A stretch of 48,134 nucleotides of DNA from Alphaproteobacteria bacterium (lineage in GTDB: Bacteria > Pseudomonadota > Alphaproteobacteria > UBA8366 > CAVOAK01). Of this stretch, positions 10,337-19,564 are shown one piece after another (position 1 is the stretch's first letter; each line of letters starts with the position of its first letter). The notes under the pieces were generated by a model. That model saw nothing but the letters and a program-made list of their open reading frames with translations. It ran no database searches and was not told where the DNA came from. The DNA is taken from NCBI GenBank assembly GCA_963693665.1, contig CAVOAK010000001.1, positions 1-48,134 of the forward strand, written 5' to 3'. Position numbers and translations under genes: made by a program.

Positions 10337-11866
10337 CTACATGCGCTTAGCGATGGCCTTTACGGTTCCCGCCAAGGTCTTGGCAGCACTCTTCTCCAGC
10401 CCACTGATGTCCTTGATCCAGCCCGCGGCCTTTTTGCGATCTTTGATCGACTCCGCGTTAATCCGGACGTTCAGTGCAGCTCCAGAAAGTGCTGTGTGAC
10501 AAAGATGCGCAGCTGTTCCTACATCCGAGACGGCATTCACATTGCCCTTCGCAGCGGCGACAGCGGCCAGTTCCAACGTTTTTGCCGCGGCCCGAGCTGT
10601 TCGCAGGGGGACAACTGCGGCACCCGACATTGCTTTTTGAATGGCGTTGCCGCGGGCAGTTTGCTGTTTAGCTGTCTCCTTCGGCAGTTTGAACGCATCC
10701 ATTACTGCGTCAAAAGCTGCTGAATCGTCCGTAATTGCTGCGGTCTGCTCGGTGCGAAGTTTCTCAGCCTGTCGAAGTATCTTTTTCATCTCCACCTCAA
10801 CGGCAGCATACTTCTTACGACCTATGGTAAGCCGCGCGACCATACCAACGAGTCCGGCGGCCATCGCACCCGCATAGGCTGCTGCAGCGCCACCACCGGG
10901 CGTCGGTGTATCTGCAGCCAATTCATCGATGAATGCCGTCCCGACGGCGCCACCATCGGCCTCGTCCTTGCCCAGACGATTCTCCAGAACCTGATCGGAC
11001 TGTAGGTCGTTGAGCTGCAAGTACCACTTGGCCGCATCGACCAGAGCCGCTTGAGGAATTAAGCCAACGAGCTCGCTATGCGTGATACTCACGCCATAAC
11101 GTTGTGCCTCGCGGCGAATGGTTTCGACAACCCGTGAAATTGGCGTCTTTGTATAGTCAGTGAGATTCATGCTCACTTGAGCCTGGCCATCGACCATGAG
11201 ACCCATACCTTTGACGTAGCGCAATCCGCCGGAAAGATGTCGGACGGCCTTACCGATCTCCTGGGCGATCTCAACTTTATCGGTATTAAGATATACGTTG
11301 TAGGCAATGAGGAAGGCTCGCGCGCTAATCGCGGTCGCGCCAGCCGGGCCAAGTTTACTTGGGCCAAAGTCGGGTGCGCGATCAGGATCGGATCCAATTT
11401 CACCTTTAAGCTGTTTGTAGGCATCTTTGCCGCGTCTGATGCTTGCGAGATTTTGACGACCCGGGCGCTGCGCCGCAGCTTCGTACAAGAAAACCGGAAG
11501 CTTCAATTCGCGACCAACGCGCTCACCAAGGCGCTTCGCAATCTCAACGCACTCATCCATCGTAATGCCGCTCACGGGCACAAATGGACAAACGTCGGTC
11601 GCACCCATGCGCGGATGACCGCCGGTGTGTTTGTTCAGATCAATGAGCTCTGCTGCTTTGGCGATACCTGCAAACGCTGCCGCCTCTACCCCAGCGGGGT
11701 TGCCGACAATCGTCACAACGCTACGATTGTGGTCGGCATCGGAACTCACGTCGAGCACCTGCGCGTCCTTTCCGCCACCCGCCGAAATTGCCGCGACGAT
11801 GGCCTCTATAATTTTTGGCTTTCGGCCTTCCGAGAAGTTAGGCACGCATTCGACAAGTTGACGCAT
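10337..11866 (-). CDS. ftcD: Fused glutamate formimidoyltransferase / formimidoyl-THF cyclodeaminase
   Basis: The N-terminus MRQLVECVPNFSEGR is the formiminotransferase signature. The C-terminal ~190 aa read TPTPGGGAAAAYAGAMAAGLVGMVARLTIGRKKY, the cyclodeaminase signature. At 509 aa, both domains sit in one ORF. Confidence 0.9.
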   Translation of the reverse strand: MRQLVECVPNFSEGRKPKIIEAIVAAISAGGGKDAQVLDVSSDADHNRSVVTIVGNPAGVEAAAFAGIAKAAELIDLNKHTGGHPRMGATDVCPFVPVSGITMDECVEIAKRLGERVGRELKLPVFLYEAAAQRPGRQNLASIRRGKDAYKQLKGEIGSDPDRAPDFGPSKLGPAGATAISARAFLIAYNVYLNTDKVEIAQEIGKAVRHLSGGLRYVKGMGLMVDGQAQVSMNLTDYTKTPISRVVETIRREAQRYGVSITHSELVGLIPQAALVDAAKWYLQLNDLQSDQVLENRLGKDEADGGAVGTAFIDELAADTPTPGGGAAAAYAGAMAAGLVGMVARLTIGRKKYAAVEVEMKKILRQAEKLRTEQTAAITDDSAAFDAVMDAFKLPKETAKQQTARGNAIQKAMSGAAVVPLRTARAAAKTLELAAVAAAKGNVNAVSDVGTAAHLCHTALSGAALNVRINAESIKDRKKAAGWIKDISGLEKSAAKTLAGTVKAIAKRM

Positions 11867-11930
11867 TTACTCTTCTCCAGTGTTTATGGAATTAGCTGTT
11901 GCTTAGGCGTTGCGCCAAATGTTTGGGCAA

Positions 11931-12485
11931 CTATTTCGGAGCGTGGTGAGATTTTTCCTTAGCCGTCTTTGCATCCTCGACCGCCACAGATGTATCGGGC
12001 GCCCCGTTTGTGCGCAAAGGACCGCGCTTATGCTGTGGTAGTTGATTTTGCTGAGAAAGACTGCGGCCTTCAATTGACGGTTTCTCAACTGCTTGTTTGA
12101 CATCCGTCTCCGCCGCCGGTTGTGGCAACGATCGCTTGTAAAAGCCTTCGAGAAACGCGCCCGATTCTACTTCGAGTGTGTCGTGCGTTACGTCGCCAAT
12201 TACTCTGGCTGTGCGACGAAGCGAGATATTCTTGGCAATGATCGAGCCATGGACCGTCCCATGAACAGATACCTGCGCCGCATTGATCTGACCATTGACA
12301 CTGGCGCCTTCGCTAACGGTCAAACTTCCGCACGCTATATTGCCATCAATCGTTCCGCTGACATGCACATCCCCTTTGCCAACAAGATCGCCTGTAATCT
12401 CGAGGTTCTTGCTTATGACTGACGGTGGATACGAATCCGATTTCTCGGCACGATCAACCGAACTGGCTCGCTTCTTAAAAAACAT
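11931..12485 (-). CDS. Bactofilin (polymer-forming cytoskeletal protein, DUF583)
   Basis: 184 aa. The core reads VISKNLEITGDLVGKGDVHVSGTIDGNIACGSLTVSEGASVNGQINAAQVSVHGTVHGSIIAKNISLRRTARVIGDVTHDTLEVESGAFLEG, followed by a low-complexity C-terminal tail. Confidence 0.85.
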   Translation of the reverse strand: MFFKKRASSVDRAEKSDSYPPSVISKNLEITGDLVGKGDVHVSGTIDGNIACGSLTVSEGASVNGQINAAQVSVHGTVHGSIIAKNISLRRTARVIGDVTHDTLEVESGAFLEGFYKRSLPQPAAETDVKQAVEKPSIEGRSLSQQNQLPQHKRGPLRTNGAPDTSVAVEDAKTAKEKSHHAPK

Positions 12486-12659
12486 TACCAGCGGCTTCCG
12501 AAGTTCCCTGATGGTTCTATCGTAAAGCTTTCGTAGTCCCAGAACAAGGCAACTTGGGAGCTATAGTATTAACGGCGTGTGATGCGGCCAACCCGCATCC
12601 ATCCGTCAACCGACGCCAGCAACACTGACCGATGCTACAATTTTCCGTGTACGATTAGT

Positions 12660-13628
12660 TCAATCCGCTGCTTGGCTCGCCGCGTCCATAACTTCAGAAA
12701 GGAATTTTTCGGCCTCAAGCGCTGCCATGCAACCCATACCGGCTGCAGTCACTGCCTGGCGATATATCCTGTCTTTGACATCGCCGGCCGCGAACACGCC
12801 TGCCACGCTCGTCGCTGTGCTATCAGCTGCAGTTAAGACATATCCCTCTTCGTCGATCTCAACCTGCCCACGAAACACATTTGTCGCCGGATCGTGACCG
12901 ATCGCCATAAAAACACCGTCTGCGGTACAGTCTGTTGTTACGGCAGTTCGTAAATTGCGCACTCGTGCGCCGGTCACCCCCAGAGGTTCGTCGGTACCGA
13001 CAATCTCATCTACTACACTGTCCCACACGATTTCGATTTTGGAATTACGAAACAGACGATCCTGCATAATCTTCTCAGCCCGCAGTTCATTCCGTCGATG
13101 GATGAGCGTTACTTTTGTGGCAAAATTTGTGAGAAAAATCGCTTCCTCTACCGCCGTGTTGCCCCCGCCAACGACGACGACTTCCTTATCACGATAAAAA
13201 AATCCGTCGCATGTCGCGCAAGCTGAAACACCAAAGCCCTGGAATTTCTGCTCCGATGGCAAACCCAGCCACCGCGCCTGGGCACCAGTCGCAATGACGA
13301 CAGTGTCCCCGCCATACGTGTCCCCACTATCGCCCTTGCACTGAAAAGGCCGTTGCGAAAAATTAACATCTACGATCAGGTCGCTTATGATCTCGGTTCC
13401 TACATGCTGCGCCTGTGCCAGCATCTGCTCCATCAGCCATGGTCCTTGGATGGCATCGGCAAAACCAGGATAGTTCTCAACATCGGTCGTGATTGTAAGT
13501 TGACCGCCGGGTTGCATGCCCGAGACGAGGATAGGCGCGAGGTTCGCGCGCGCCGCATAAATCGCTGCGGTATAGCCGGCCGCACCAGAGCCAATGATTA
13601 AAATTTTGCTATGACGGTGTTGTGCCAT
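12660..13628 (-). CDS. trxB: Thioredoxin-disulfide reductase
   Basis: 322 aa. Contains ILIIGSGAAGYTAA (FAD), the CATCDGFF redox-active disulfide, and VVGGGNTAVEEA (NADPH). Confidence 0.95.
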   Translation of the reverse strand: MAQHRHSKILIIGSGAAGYTAAIYAARANLAPILVSGMQPGGQLTITTDVENYPGFADAIQGPWLMEQMLAQAQHVGTEIISDLIVDVNFSQRPFQCKGDSGDTYGGDTVVIATGAQARWLGLPSEQKFQGFGVSACATCDGFFYRDKEVVVVGGGNTAVEEAIFLTNFATKVTLIHRRNELRAEKIMQDRLFRNSKIEIVWDSVVDEIVGTDEPLGVTGARVRNLRTAVTTDCTADGVFMAIGHDPATNVFRGQVEIDEEGYVLTAADSTATSVAGVFAAGDVKDRIYRQAVTAAGMGCMAALEAEKFLSEVMDAASQAAD

Positions 13629-13690
13629 TTTGGTTAACCCATCCCAGAATTAGTTATTTGCCGACGCTTCGATGTAGCTGAACATCAATT

Positions 13691-13716
13691 ATATCCTACC
13701 GAGAATATCCTACGAG
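13691..13716. repeat. Tandem imperfect direct repeat ATATCCTAC(C)GAG x2 in the trxB upstream region
   Basis: atatcctaccgag (13691-13703), then a, then atatcctacgag (13705-13716). It lies 63-88 nt upstream of the trxB start at 13628. Confidence 0.4.
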
Positions 13717-13777
13717 GCCATCCCGAATCTTCCCATTATGCTCTTGAACCCATTGTGCTCTTTAAAACGGCTGCCCG

Positions 13778-15934
13778 TTACTTTGTATCCAGATTTGTCA
13801 CGCCGTCCCATGGTTCATCGGGCGGGCCGTTAATGAACGCAAGGGCGCGGTCTGCCGCCTTTTGTGCAGCAGCATCACCTTTCGATGCCGAGAATTCTTC
13901 GTAGGCTGCCTTAAAGTCACCGCATCGATAGGCCGCAAGCGCGCTGGCATAATGTTGGATTTGGTCACTCCCGATATTAACGTTGAGTGCTTCACCAGAT
14001 TCGCCGAGCGGCTCAAATATTGTGACCGGTTGCTGTCTTCCGACCACACGGACCGTATCCAGCGCCCGAAATTGTATTGTGGCGCCACAGAGCGTTGCGG
14101 CGCTGTCGCTGACAAGAATCTGTGACCCATATTGTTTGTTGGCGCTTTCGAGCCGTGCTGCCAGATTCACCGCATCACCTATAACTGTGTAGTTAAAGCG
14201 ACGATATGATCCGATATTGCCGACCAGCATTTCACCGCTGTTGATACCAATGCGCGTTCCAACAGATCGGCCGCCAGGCAGCCCAAAGCCAGACGATTCA
14301 GCCCCAAGCCTTCGCTGGCACGCGAGGGCCGCGCGCACTCCCGAAAGTGCATGATCTTCATCATCGACTGGCGCACCAAACACCGCGACGACCGCATCGC
14401 CAATATATTTGTCGACAAACCCACCATGAGCCTCAATCGTGTCACTCATCACCGAAAGGTATCGATTGAGAAAGGTAACGAGGTCCGACGGACTCAAGCC
14501 CTCTGAGATTTCGGTGAATCCCGCAATATCCGAAAACAGGACGGTCAGTTCCCGGCTTTCGCCGCCGAGTTTGGGAAGTCGGTTCCCTGCGAGCATCCGT
14601 TCAATTACTGCCGGCGCAAGATAAAGAGAAAACGACTTGTAAAGACGATTGCGCTCTCGATCACTCACAGCAAATCGATAACCCAGCATTCCGGCAAAAC
14701 TGAGGCTGCCAGAGGCTAAAGTATCACCAAGCGGGAGAAGAATACCGTTTCGGAATGCCACCACAGTAACAGCCGTCCAAATAATACCTACGCACGACCA
14801 AGCAATCGCCGCACTAGGCGGCCCCAGCAACAACGTCAATCCGGCAACGACAAATGATAAAATGAAGACCCCGGCAGTGCTCCGACCCCGCGCCACGATA
14901 TTAACAACGTCGCGCTGCAATAGATTATTGACCGCCGTCGCATGAATGAGCACGCCAGGGGTCGCGCGCCGCGCAATTCCTGCTGTCGTTTGTGGGGTCG
15001 AGATACAAGGTTCCGGCGCGCCAACCGCATCGGGGGAAACAATGAAACGGTTAGACGCCAGTCGTCGGTCCTGCAAGTCCAGAACGGCCCCCATAATGAC
15101 GGTCTTGCCTGCAAAATTATTCTTAAAATAGGCAACGTTGCCTTGTTCGGCACAATGGAATAGATCACCGAATGAATAGATTGGAACAGCCCCTGGCCTG
15201 TCATCAAAGTTGAGGGTTAGAACATTTGACGCCCCACCTGGGATTATGAAATCGCCGAGGCTTGCTGTTACCCCTTCCGAGCTGGCCTCAGCAGCAATGG
15301 CCCGCGCGGTCAATTCGAGCGCAAACCCCGGCTGTTTCGTGATGTCGCCATCTTTCTCAACATCGACAAAGAGTGGGACGCCGCGAACGATACCGTCCAC
15401 ATCAGTGTGGAGGTTCAAGGACCGGATATTTTTCGCACCGCCGACGGCAAAATTAAAGACTCGATGCGGAAGAATAGGATTGTCGCCATATGCTGCACCG
15501 AGCACGATACGCCCATCACGACGGCTGCGCGCAAGCGAACGCAATAGCGGCTGATCGTACCGTCGATCCGCAACAGTACCGCCGACTGCAACGGGCAGCA
15601 CCATATCCCACCCCAATACCGCCGCACCACCGTCTAAAACCGCGTCCATGACGCGCGCCAACTGCGGTGTCCACATCACAGTTGGCATACCTACAAAAGG
15701 CGCCGTCGCGTACGTCGCCTCGTCGATGGCAATGACGACCGCATTTGCCGGATGCACCGAATTGGGTTTGGCTTGCGTAGACGCACGCAGCCAGTGCAAG
15801 ACATCAAGGTCGAGACGATTAAGCCGGTCAAACGCGGGAATCGAGGTCACTGCCGCTGCAATGACAGCAATAAGGCCAGCAGCAAGAAGATCGCGAGGTC
15901 GAATCATGCTTGACCGCAATGGACCGCCACGCAC
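13778..15934 (-). CDS. CHASE2 sensor domain, TM region and class III adenylate cyclase
   Basis: The N-terminus is a TM helix plus a large periplasmic region typical of CHASE2 (LDVLHWLR...VVIAIDEATY...), followed by 3 TM helices. The cyclase domain reads RELTVLFSDIAGFTEI...GGFVDKYIGDAVVAVFGAP...RIGINSGEMLVGNIG...FNYTVIGDAVNLAARLES. The start may be GTG 15934 or ATG 15907. Confidence 0.85.
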   Translation of the reverse strand: MRGGPLRSSMIRPRDLLAAGLIAVIAAAVTSIPAFDRLNRLDLDVLHWLRASTQAKPNSVHPANAVVIAIDEATYATAPFVGMPTVMWTPQLARVMDAVLDGGAAVLGWDMVLPVAVGGTVADRRYDQPLLRSLARSRRDGRIVLGAAYGDNPILPHRVFNFAVGGAKNIRSLNLHTDVDGIVRGVPLFVDVEKDGDITKQPGFALELTARAIAAEASSEGVTASLGDFIIPGGASNVLTLNFDDRPGAVPIYSFGDLFHCAEQGNVAYFKNNFAGKTVIMGAVLDLQDRRLASNRFIVSPDAVGAPEPCISTPQTTAGIARRATPGVLIHATAVNNLLQRDVVNIVARGRSTAGVFILSFVVAGLTLLLGPPSAAIAWSCVGIIWTAVTVVAFRNGILLPLGDTLASGSLSFAGMLGYRFAVSDRERNRLYKSFSLYLAPAVIERMLAGNRLPKLGGESRELTVLFSDIAGFTEISEGLSPSDLVTFLNRYLSVMSDTIEAHGGFVDKYIGDAVVAVFGAPVDDEDHALSGVRAALACQRRLGAESSGFGLPGGRSVGTRIGINSGEMLVGNIGSYRRFNYTVIGDAVNLAARLESANKQYGSQILVSDSAATLCGATIQFRALDTVRVVGRQQPVTIFEPLGESGEALNVNIGSDQIQHYASALAAYRCGDFKAAYEEFSASKGDAAAQKAADRALAFINGPPDEPWDGVTNLDTK

Positions 15935-15958
15935 CGAGAGATCAACGGCGCGGCGAGA

Positions 15959-16642
15959 TCAAAAAGCCAGCAGGCGACCGAGCACAGAAACGCCGGCCCG
16001 GCTCGCAACTGGAGAAATTCGAAAGACAACCTTACGGTCACCCGCAGTTACGATGTAAAGTCCGCCCGGCTCCAATGCAATATTCTTTCGAGCGAGATCA
16101 GCGACACCGTTGATAATATCAATCGTGTGTTGTTCTTGCTTCCCATCCAACCGTTCCAGCAAAATAGTCGCGGTGGTCAGAGGTGCTTCGTTCACGAACC
16201 TAATGAGGGGACTTACGCCATAAAGAATTCGCTGCGGTTTCGGCTTACTCTTACCCTTTGTTGGTGCCTTCCGAAAAACAATTGCACCTGCCGCCTGACT
16301 TTGCCCTGTCGACAACTGCAAATCGCCGCCGTCACAGTCCACAAGCTCTCTTTCCATAGAGCTGCCAGATACTTTGCTCTCTTTGGAGCCGACAGTTATC
16401 GTGCCGCCAGTGATGATCTCGCGTGTGCATGAACTAAGATATCCAAGCGTAACGCTTTGCCCAGCATTCAGTTTGATAACCCGCCCCAGTTCTAGTAAAT
16501 CCATAAACTGGAGCTCGCTCGCATCAAAGCTCACATCCTCGACAATTGCGACCGGCCCAGTCTCTGCGGCATAGACAATCTTTGAATCTAAAGTCGCCGC
16601 AGCCAATGCCATAAATGCGATAAGAGTAACGATACGTGTCAT
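15959..16642 (-). CDS. Secreted protein of unknown function (weakly FecR-like), just upstream of and co-oriented with the CHASE2 cyclase
   Basis: ATG at 16642 gives MTRIVTLIAFMALAAATLDSKIVYAAE, a Sec signal peptide. The stop lies 24 nt before the cyclase ORF. I recognise no catalytic motif. Confidence 0.55.
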   Translation of the reverse strand: MTRIVTLIAFMALAAATLDSKIVYAAETGPVAIVEDVSFDASELQFMDLLELGRVIKLNAGQSVTLGYLSSCTREIITGGTITVGSKESKVSGSSMERELVDCDGGDLQLSTGQSQAAGAIVFRKAPTKGKSKPKPQRILYGVSPLIRFVNEAPLTTATILLERLDGKQEQHTIDIINGVADLARKNIALEPGGLYIVTAGDRKVVFRISPVASRAGVSVLGRLLAF

Positions 16643-16725
16643 GGCGATCGCAACCTCATGTAAATAATTGTTTCTGCTGAGCAGCGCTGCGATCAATCAT
16701 ATCACACACCCATCACATCGCCCAA

Positions 16726-18513
16726 CTAGCGGCCGATAGCGTATCCCTGCATGCCGCGCGGATTAGCCGCTGCCTTGAGTATCCCATTCTCACGGCTTGC
16801 CGCGCTCATCCGGCCCTCGGCCCACTCGCCCACAACACTCATACGATGACCACGTCGCTCCAGTTCTGACAGAGTCGCCGCTGGAAATCGTGATTCGATT
16901 GAAAGATGCCCTGGTGCTGCCGCGCGCGGATAGAACGAGCTTGGCATGTGATCATTATGAAATGAGGGCGCGTCGATCGCCTCCTGCAGATTCATCCCAT
17001 AGTGGACGTGTCGGAGAAAGAAAATTGGCTGCCATTGATCCTGCTGATCACCACCGGGCGTGCCGAACGCCATATAGGGACGCCCGTCTTTGAGCGCGAG
17101 TGACGGCGTGAGCGTTGTCCGCGGGCGCCTACCAGGAGCGAGACTCGCCGACAATCCCTCCTTCAACCAGAACATCTGCGCGCGCGAATTCAAACAAAAC
17201 CCTAGTTCAGGAACGACCGGCGAGCTTTGCAGCCAGCCGCCGCTTGGTGTCGCCGATACCATATTGCCGTGGCGGTCAATTATATCTACATGACATGTAT
17301 CGCCCCGTACATCGGCGGCCTTTGCCATCGTTGGCTCACCAATGCCGATAAAGCTTGGAACGGATGACGCGTCGCTTGCGATAAGTGCGGCATAATCGAT
17401 ATTGGCGCCATGGCCGTTAACTGTGCCCGGCCGAAATTCGAGCGATGCCGTATCCGAAACCAGAGCGCTACGTTCCACGTTGTATTTATCCGACAGCAAC
17501 ACGTCCATGGGCACGCCGCCACTTGCTGGTTCACCGTAAAACTTCTCACGATCCGCAAAGGCGAGTTTTGCGCATTCGGTCACGGTGTGAACGAAGTCCG
17601 GGCCAAGAGGATCCATTGCATCAAGATCAAAATATTTGAGAAGCGCGAGCTGTTGCAGAAATACCGGGCCTTGCCCCCAAGCGCCCGTCTTCAACACCGT
17701 CAACCCTCGGTAATCATAACCAAGTGGATCCTCATAGGTCGCTTGCCACGCCGCCATATCGTCACCGGTTAAGACACCGGCGTGGCGCTCGCCACTAGAA
17801 TCCATTAACTCGTTAGAGCGACAGAATCCATCGAGCGCTTCAGCCACAAATCCATGACTCCAGGTTCGTCTTGCAGCGTCGATTTGGACAACGCGGTCAC
17901 CGCCCGCGGACTTACCTTCTTCAACAATTCTTTGCCATGTTCGAGCCAGCGCCGGGTTCGCCAGGAGAGTGCCTGGTGCAGGAACATCGGTTCCGTTGAG
18001 ATAGACTGCCGCTGACGTTGGCCACTCAGAAATAAAGAGTTCTCGCACCGACTCAATTGTCTGACTAACTGCGGGCACAAGTGGGACGCCGTTCGCCGCG
18101 TACGAAATCGCCGGTTCGAGGACTTCCTCGAGGGTCATGACGCCATGGTCGCGAAGCATCAACATCCAAGCATCGAACGCACCTGGCACGACAGTCGCCA
18201 ACAGTCCGGCGCCGGGCATCATGTCAAATCCAAGGTTACGATAGTGGTCGATCGTAGCGGCAGCCGGCGCGACACCTTGACCGCAAATTACCTTGGTCTC
18301 ATCCAGGCCATTGTCATGGTAAATAATGGGAAGGTCGCCGGCTGGGCCACACAAATGTGGCTCGCAAACCTGCAAAACCATACCCGTCGCAACAGCCGCA
18401 TCGAAGGCGTTGCCGCCGCGCTCCAAAATTCCCATTCCAACGGCTGACGCAAGCCAGTGCGTTGAAGCGACGACACCGTATGTGCCTAAGATTTCCGGAC
18501 GTGTTGTAAACAT
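16726..18513 (-). CDS. ggt: Gamma-glutamyltransferase family protein (Ntn hydrolase)
   Basis: Has GGT-family architecture. The nucleophile-Thr region reads VRGDTCHVDIIDRHGNMVSATPSGG, followed by TPGGDQQ. ATG at 18513 is preceded by AAGGAG at 7 nt, so I prefer it over the GTG at 18534. Confidence 0.85.
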   Translation of the reverse strand: MFTTRPEILGTYGVVASTHWLASAVGMGILERGGNAFDAAVATGMVLQVCEPHLCGPAGDLPIIYHDNGLDETKVICGQGVAPAAATIDHYRNLGFDMMPGAGLLATVVPGAFDAWMLMLRDHGVMTLEEVLEPAISYAANGVPLVPAVSQTIESVRELFISEWPTSAAVYLNGTDVPAPGTLLANPALARTWQRIVEEGKSAGGDRVVQIDAARRTWSHGFVAEALDGFCRSNELMDSSGERHAGVLTGDDMAAWQATYEDPLGYDYRGLTVLKTGAWGQGPVFLQQLALLKYFDLDAMDPLGPDFVHTVTECAKLAFADREKFYGEPASGGVPMDVLLSDKYNVERSALVSDTASLEFRPGTVNGHGANIDYAALIASDASSVPSFIGIGEPTMAKAADVRGDTCHVDIIDRHGNMVSATPSGGWLQSSPVVPELGFCLNSRAQMFWLKEGLSASLAPGRRPRTTLTPSLALKDGRPYMAFGTPGGDQQDQWQPIFFLRHVHYGMNLQEAIDAPSFHNDHMPSSFYPRAAAPGHLSIESRFPAATLSELERRGHRMSVVGEWAEGRMSAASRENGILKAAANPRGMQGYAIGR

Positions 18514-18614
18514 CTTTGGGCTCCTTACGGGCACGAGATGACCATGTTTTATCCGCTCGGACGCCGCAGAACAATCGGAGAGAATACGAAAATTGGTTTC
18601 ACTTGACCGCCTGC

Positions 18615-18628
18615 TGCCTGTACAGGCA
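18615..18628. promoter_or_regulatory. Perfect 14-bp palindrome TGCCTGTACAGGCA in the divergent ggt / MBL-hydrolase intergenic region (candidate operator)
   Basis: Read directly from the sequence. It lies 40 nt upstream of the ATG at 18668 and about 100 nt upstream of the ggt start. Confidence 0.3.
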
Positions 18629-18667
18629 GGCTCGCCGCCGCAACAACGCCATCGCTAGAGGACGTCT

Positions 18668-19564
18668 ATGTCCATACCATTTGTCCGCGACATGGAAGTC
18701 GACTATGACACCATGACGCCGTTATCGCCGCTTGTTCGCCGCGTCATTGCGCGCAATCCAGGGCCGTTCACATTTCATGGCACGGGCACATACATCATCG
18801 GTCACGGGCACGTTGCCATCATCGATCCAGGGCCTGACGATGAGGCGCATATTGATGCACTCCTTAATGCCGTTCGTGGCGAGACAGTCACCCATATCTT
18901 AGTTACCCACACCCATCGCGATCATTCGCCTGCAGCAGCGTCAATAAAGGAGTCGACTGGCGCCCCGACGTTTGCCTTCGCTGCACACGGTGGGGAGCGT
19001 TCAGCGGTTGGCGTGGAGGAAGGCGCGGATTTCGATTTTCAGCCAGATCAAAAAATGAGTAATGGTGACAGAGTTTCTGGCCCTGACTGGACAATTGCGG
19101 CGGTGCACACCCCGGGTCACACAGCCAACCACTTATGCTTCGATTTGAATGAGGAAGCGACGTTGTTTTCAGGCGACCATGTTATGGGGTGGTCGACGAC
19201 TGTCATCGCCCCACCAGATGGCAGTATGGCCGACTATTTGGCGTCCCTGCGAAAACTGTTGGAGCGCGACGACCATTTATTCCGGCCGACCCACGGACCC
19301 GCGATCACCGACCCAAAACCACTTGTCCGCGCATATCTTGATCATCGAGCGCAGCGCACCGCGCAGGTCCAGCAGTGCCTTGATAGTGGGGGCAACAACA
19401 TCGACGAGATTGTGAAATCGATTTATGCAGATCATGACCCGCGCCTACATCGCGCCGCCGCACATTCAATTTTAGCACATTTGATAGCTATGATCGATGA
19501 CGGAAGTGTCAGGTGTGACGACACCCAACCCGAATTGGAATCCCGCTTCCAATCGGCAAATTAG
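18668..19564 (+). CDS. MBL-fold metallo-hydrolase
   Basis: 298 aa. Contains ILVTHTHRDHSPAA (the HxHxDH motif), plus HTPGHT and GDHV. GAGGA lies 5 nt upstream of the ATG. Confidence 0.85.
   Translation: MSIPFVRDMEVDYDTMTPLSPLVRRVIARNPGPFTFHGTGTYIIGHGHVAIIDPGPDDEAHIDALLNAVRGETVTHILVTHTHRDHSPAAASIKESTGAPTFAFAAHGGERSAVGVEEGADFDFQPDQKMSNGDRVSGPDWTIAAVHTPGHTANHLCFDLNEEATLFSGDHVMGWSTTVIAPPDGSMADYLASLRKLLERDDHLFRPTHGPAITDPKPLVRAYLDHRAQRTAQVQQCLDSGGNNIDEIVKSIYADHDPRLHRAAAHSILAHLIAMIDDGSVRCDDTQPELESRFQSAN

Noticed and set aside
11177-11962. Long ORFs antisense to, or overlapping, confidently identified genes: 11177-11962 (261 aa), 32835-33698 (287 aa), 29070-29804 (244 aa), 41319-41921 (200 aa), 23016-23546 (176 aa), 5144-5650 (168 aa), 860-1357 (165 aa).
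   Set aside because: They lie opposite or out of frame to genes with strong family signatures. Their compositions are Arg/Cys/Ser-rich and non-protein-like, as expected for shadow ORFs in moderately GC-rich DNA. I recognise no motif in any of them.
12581-12599. Hairpin GATGCGG-ccaac-CCGCATC downstream of trxB as a terminator, and a weak AACGG/CCGTT hairpin at about 13766-13779 after the CHASE2 cyclase.
   Set aside because: The first lacks a U-tract on either strand. The second has only a 5-bp stem overlapping the stop codon. Both are too weak to annotate as terminators.
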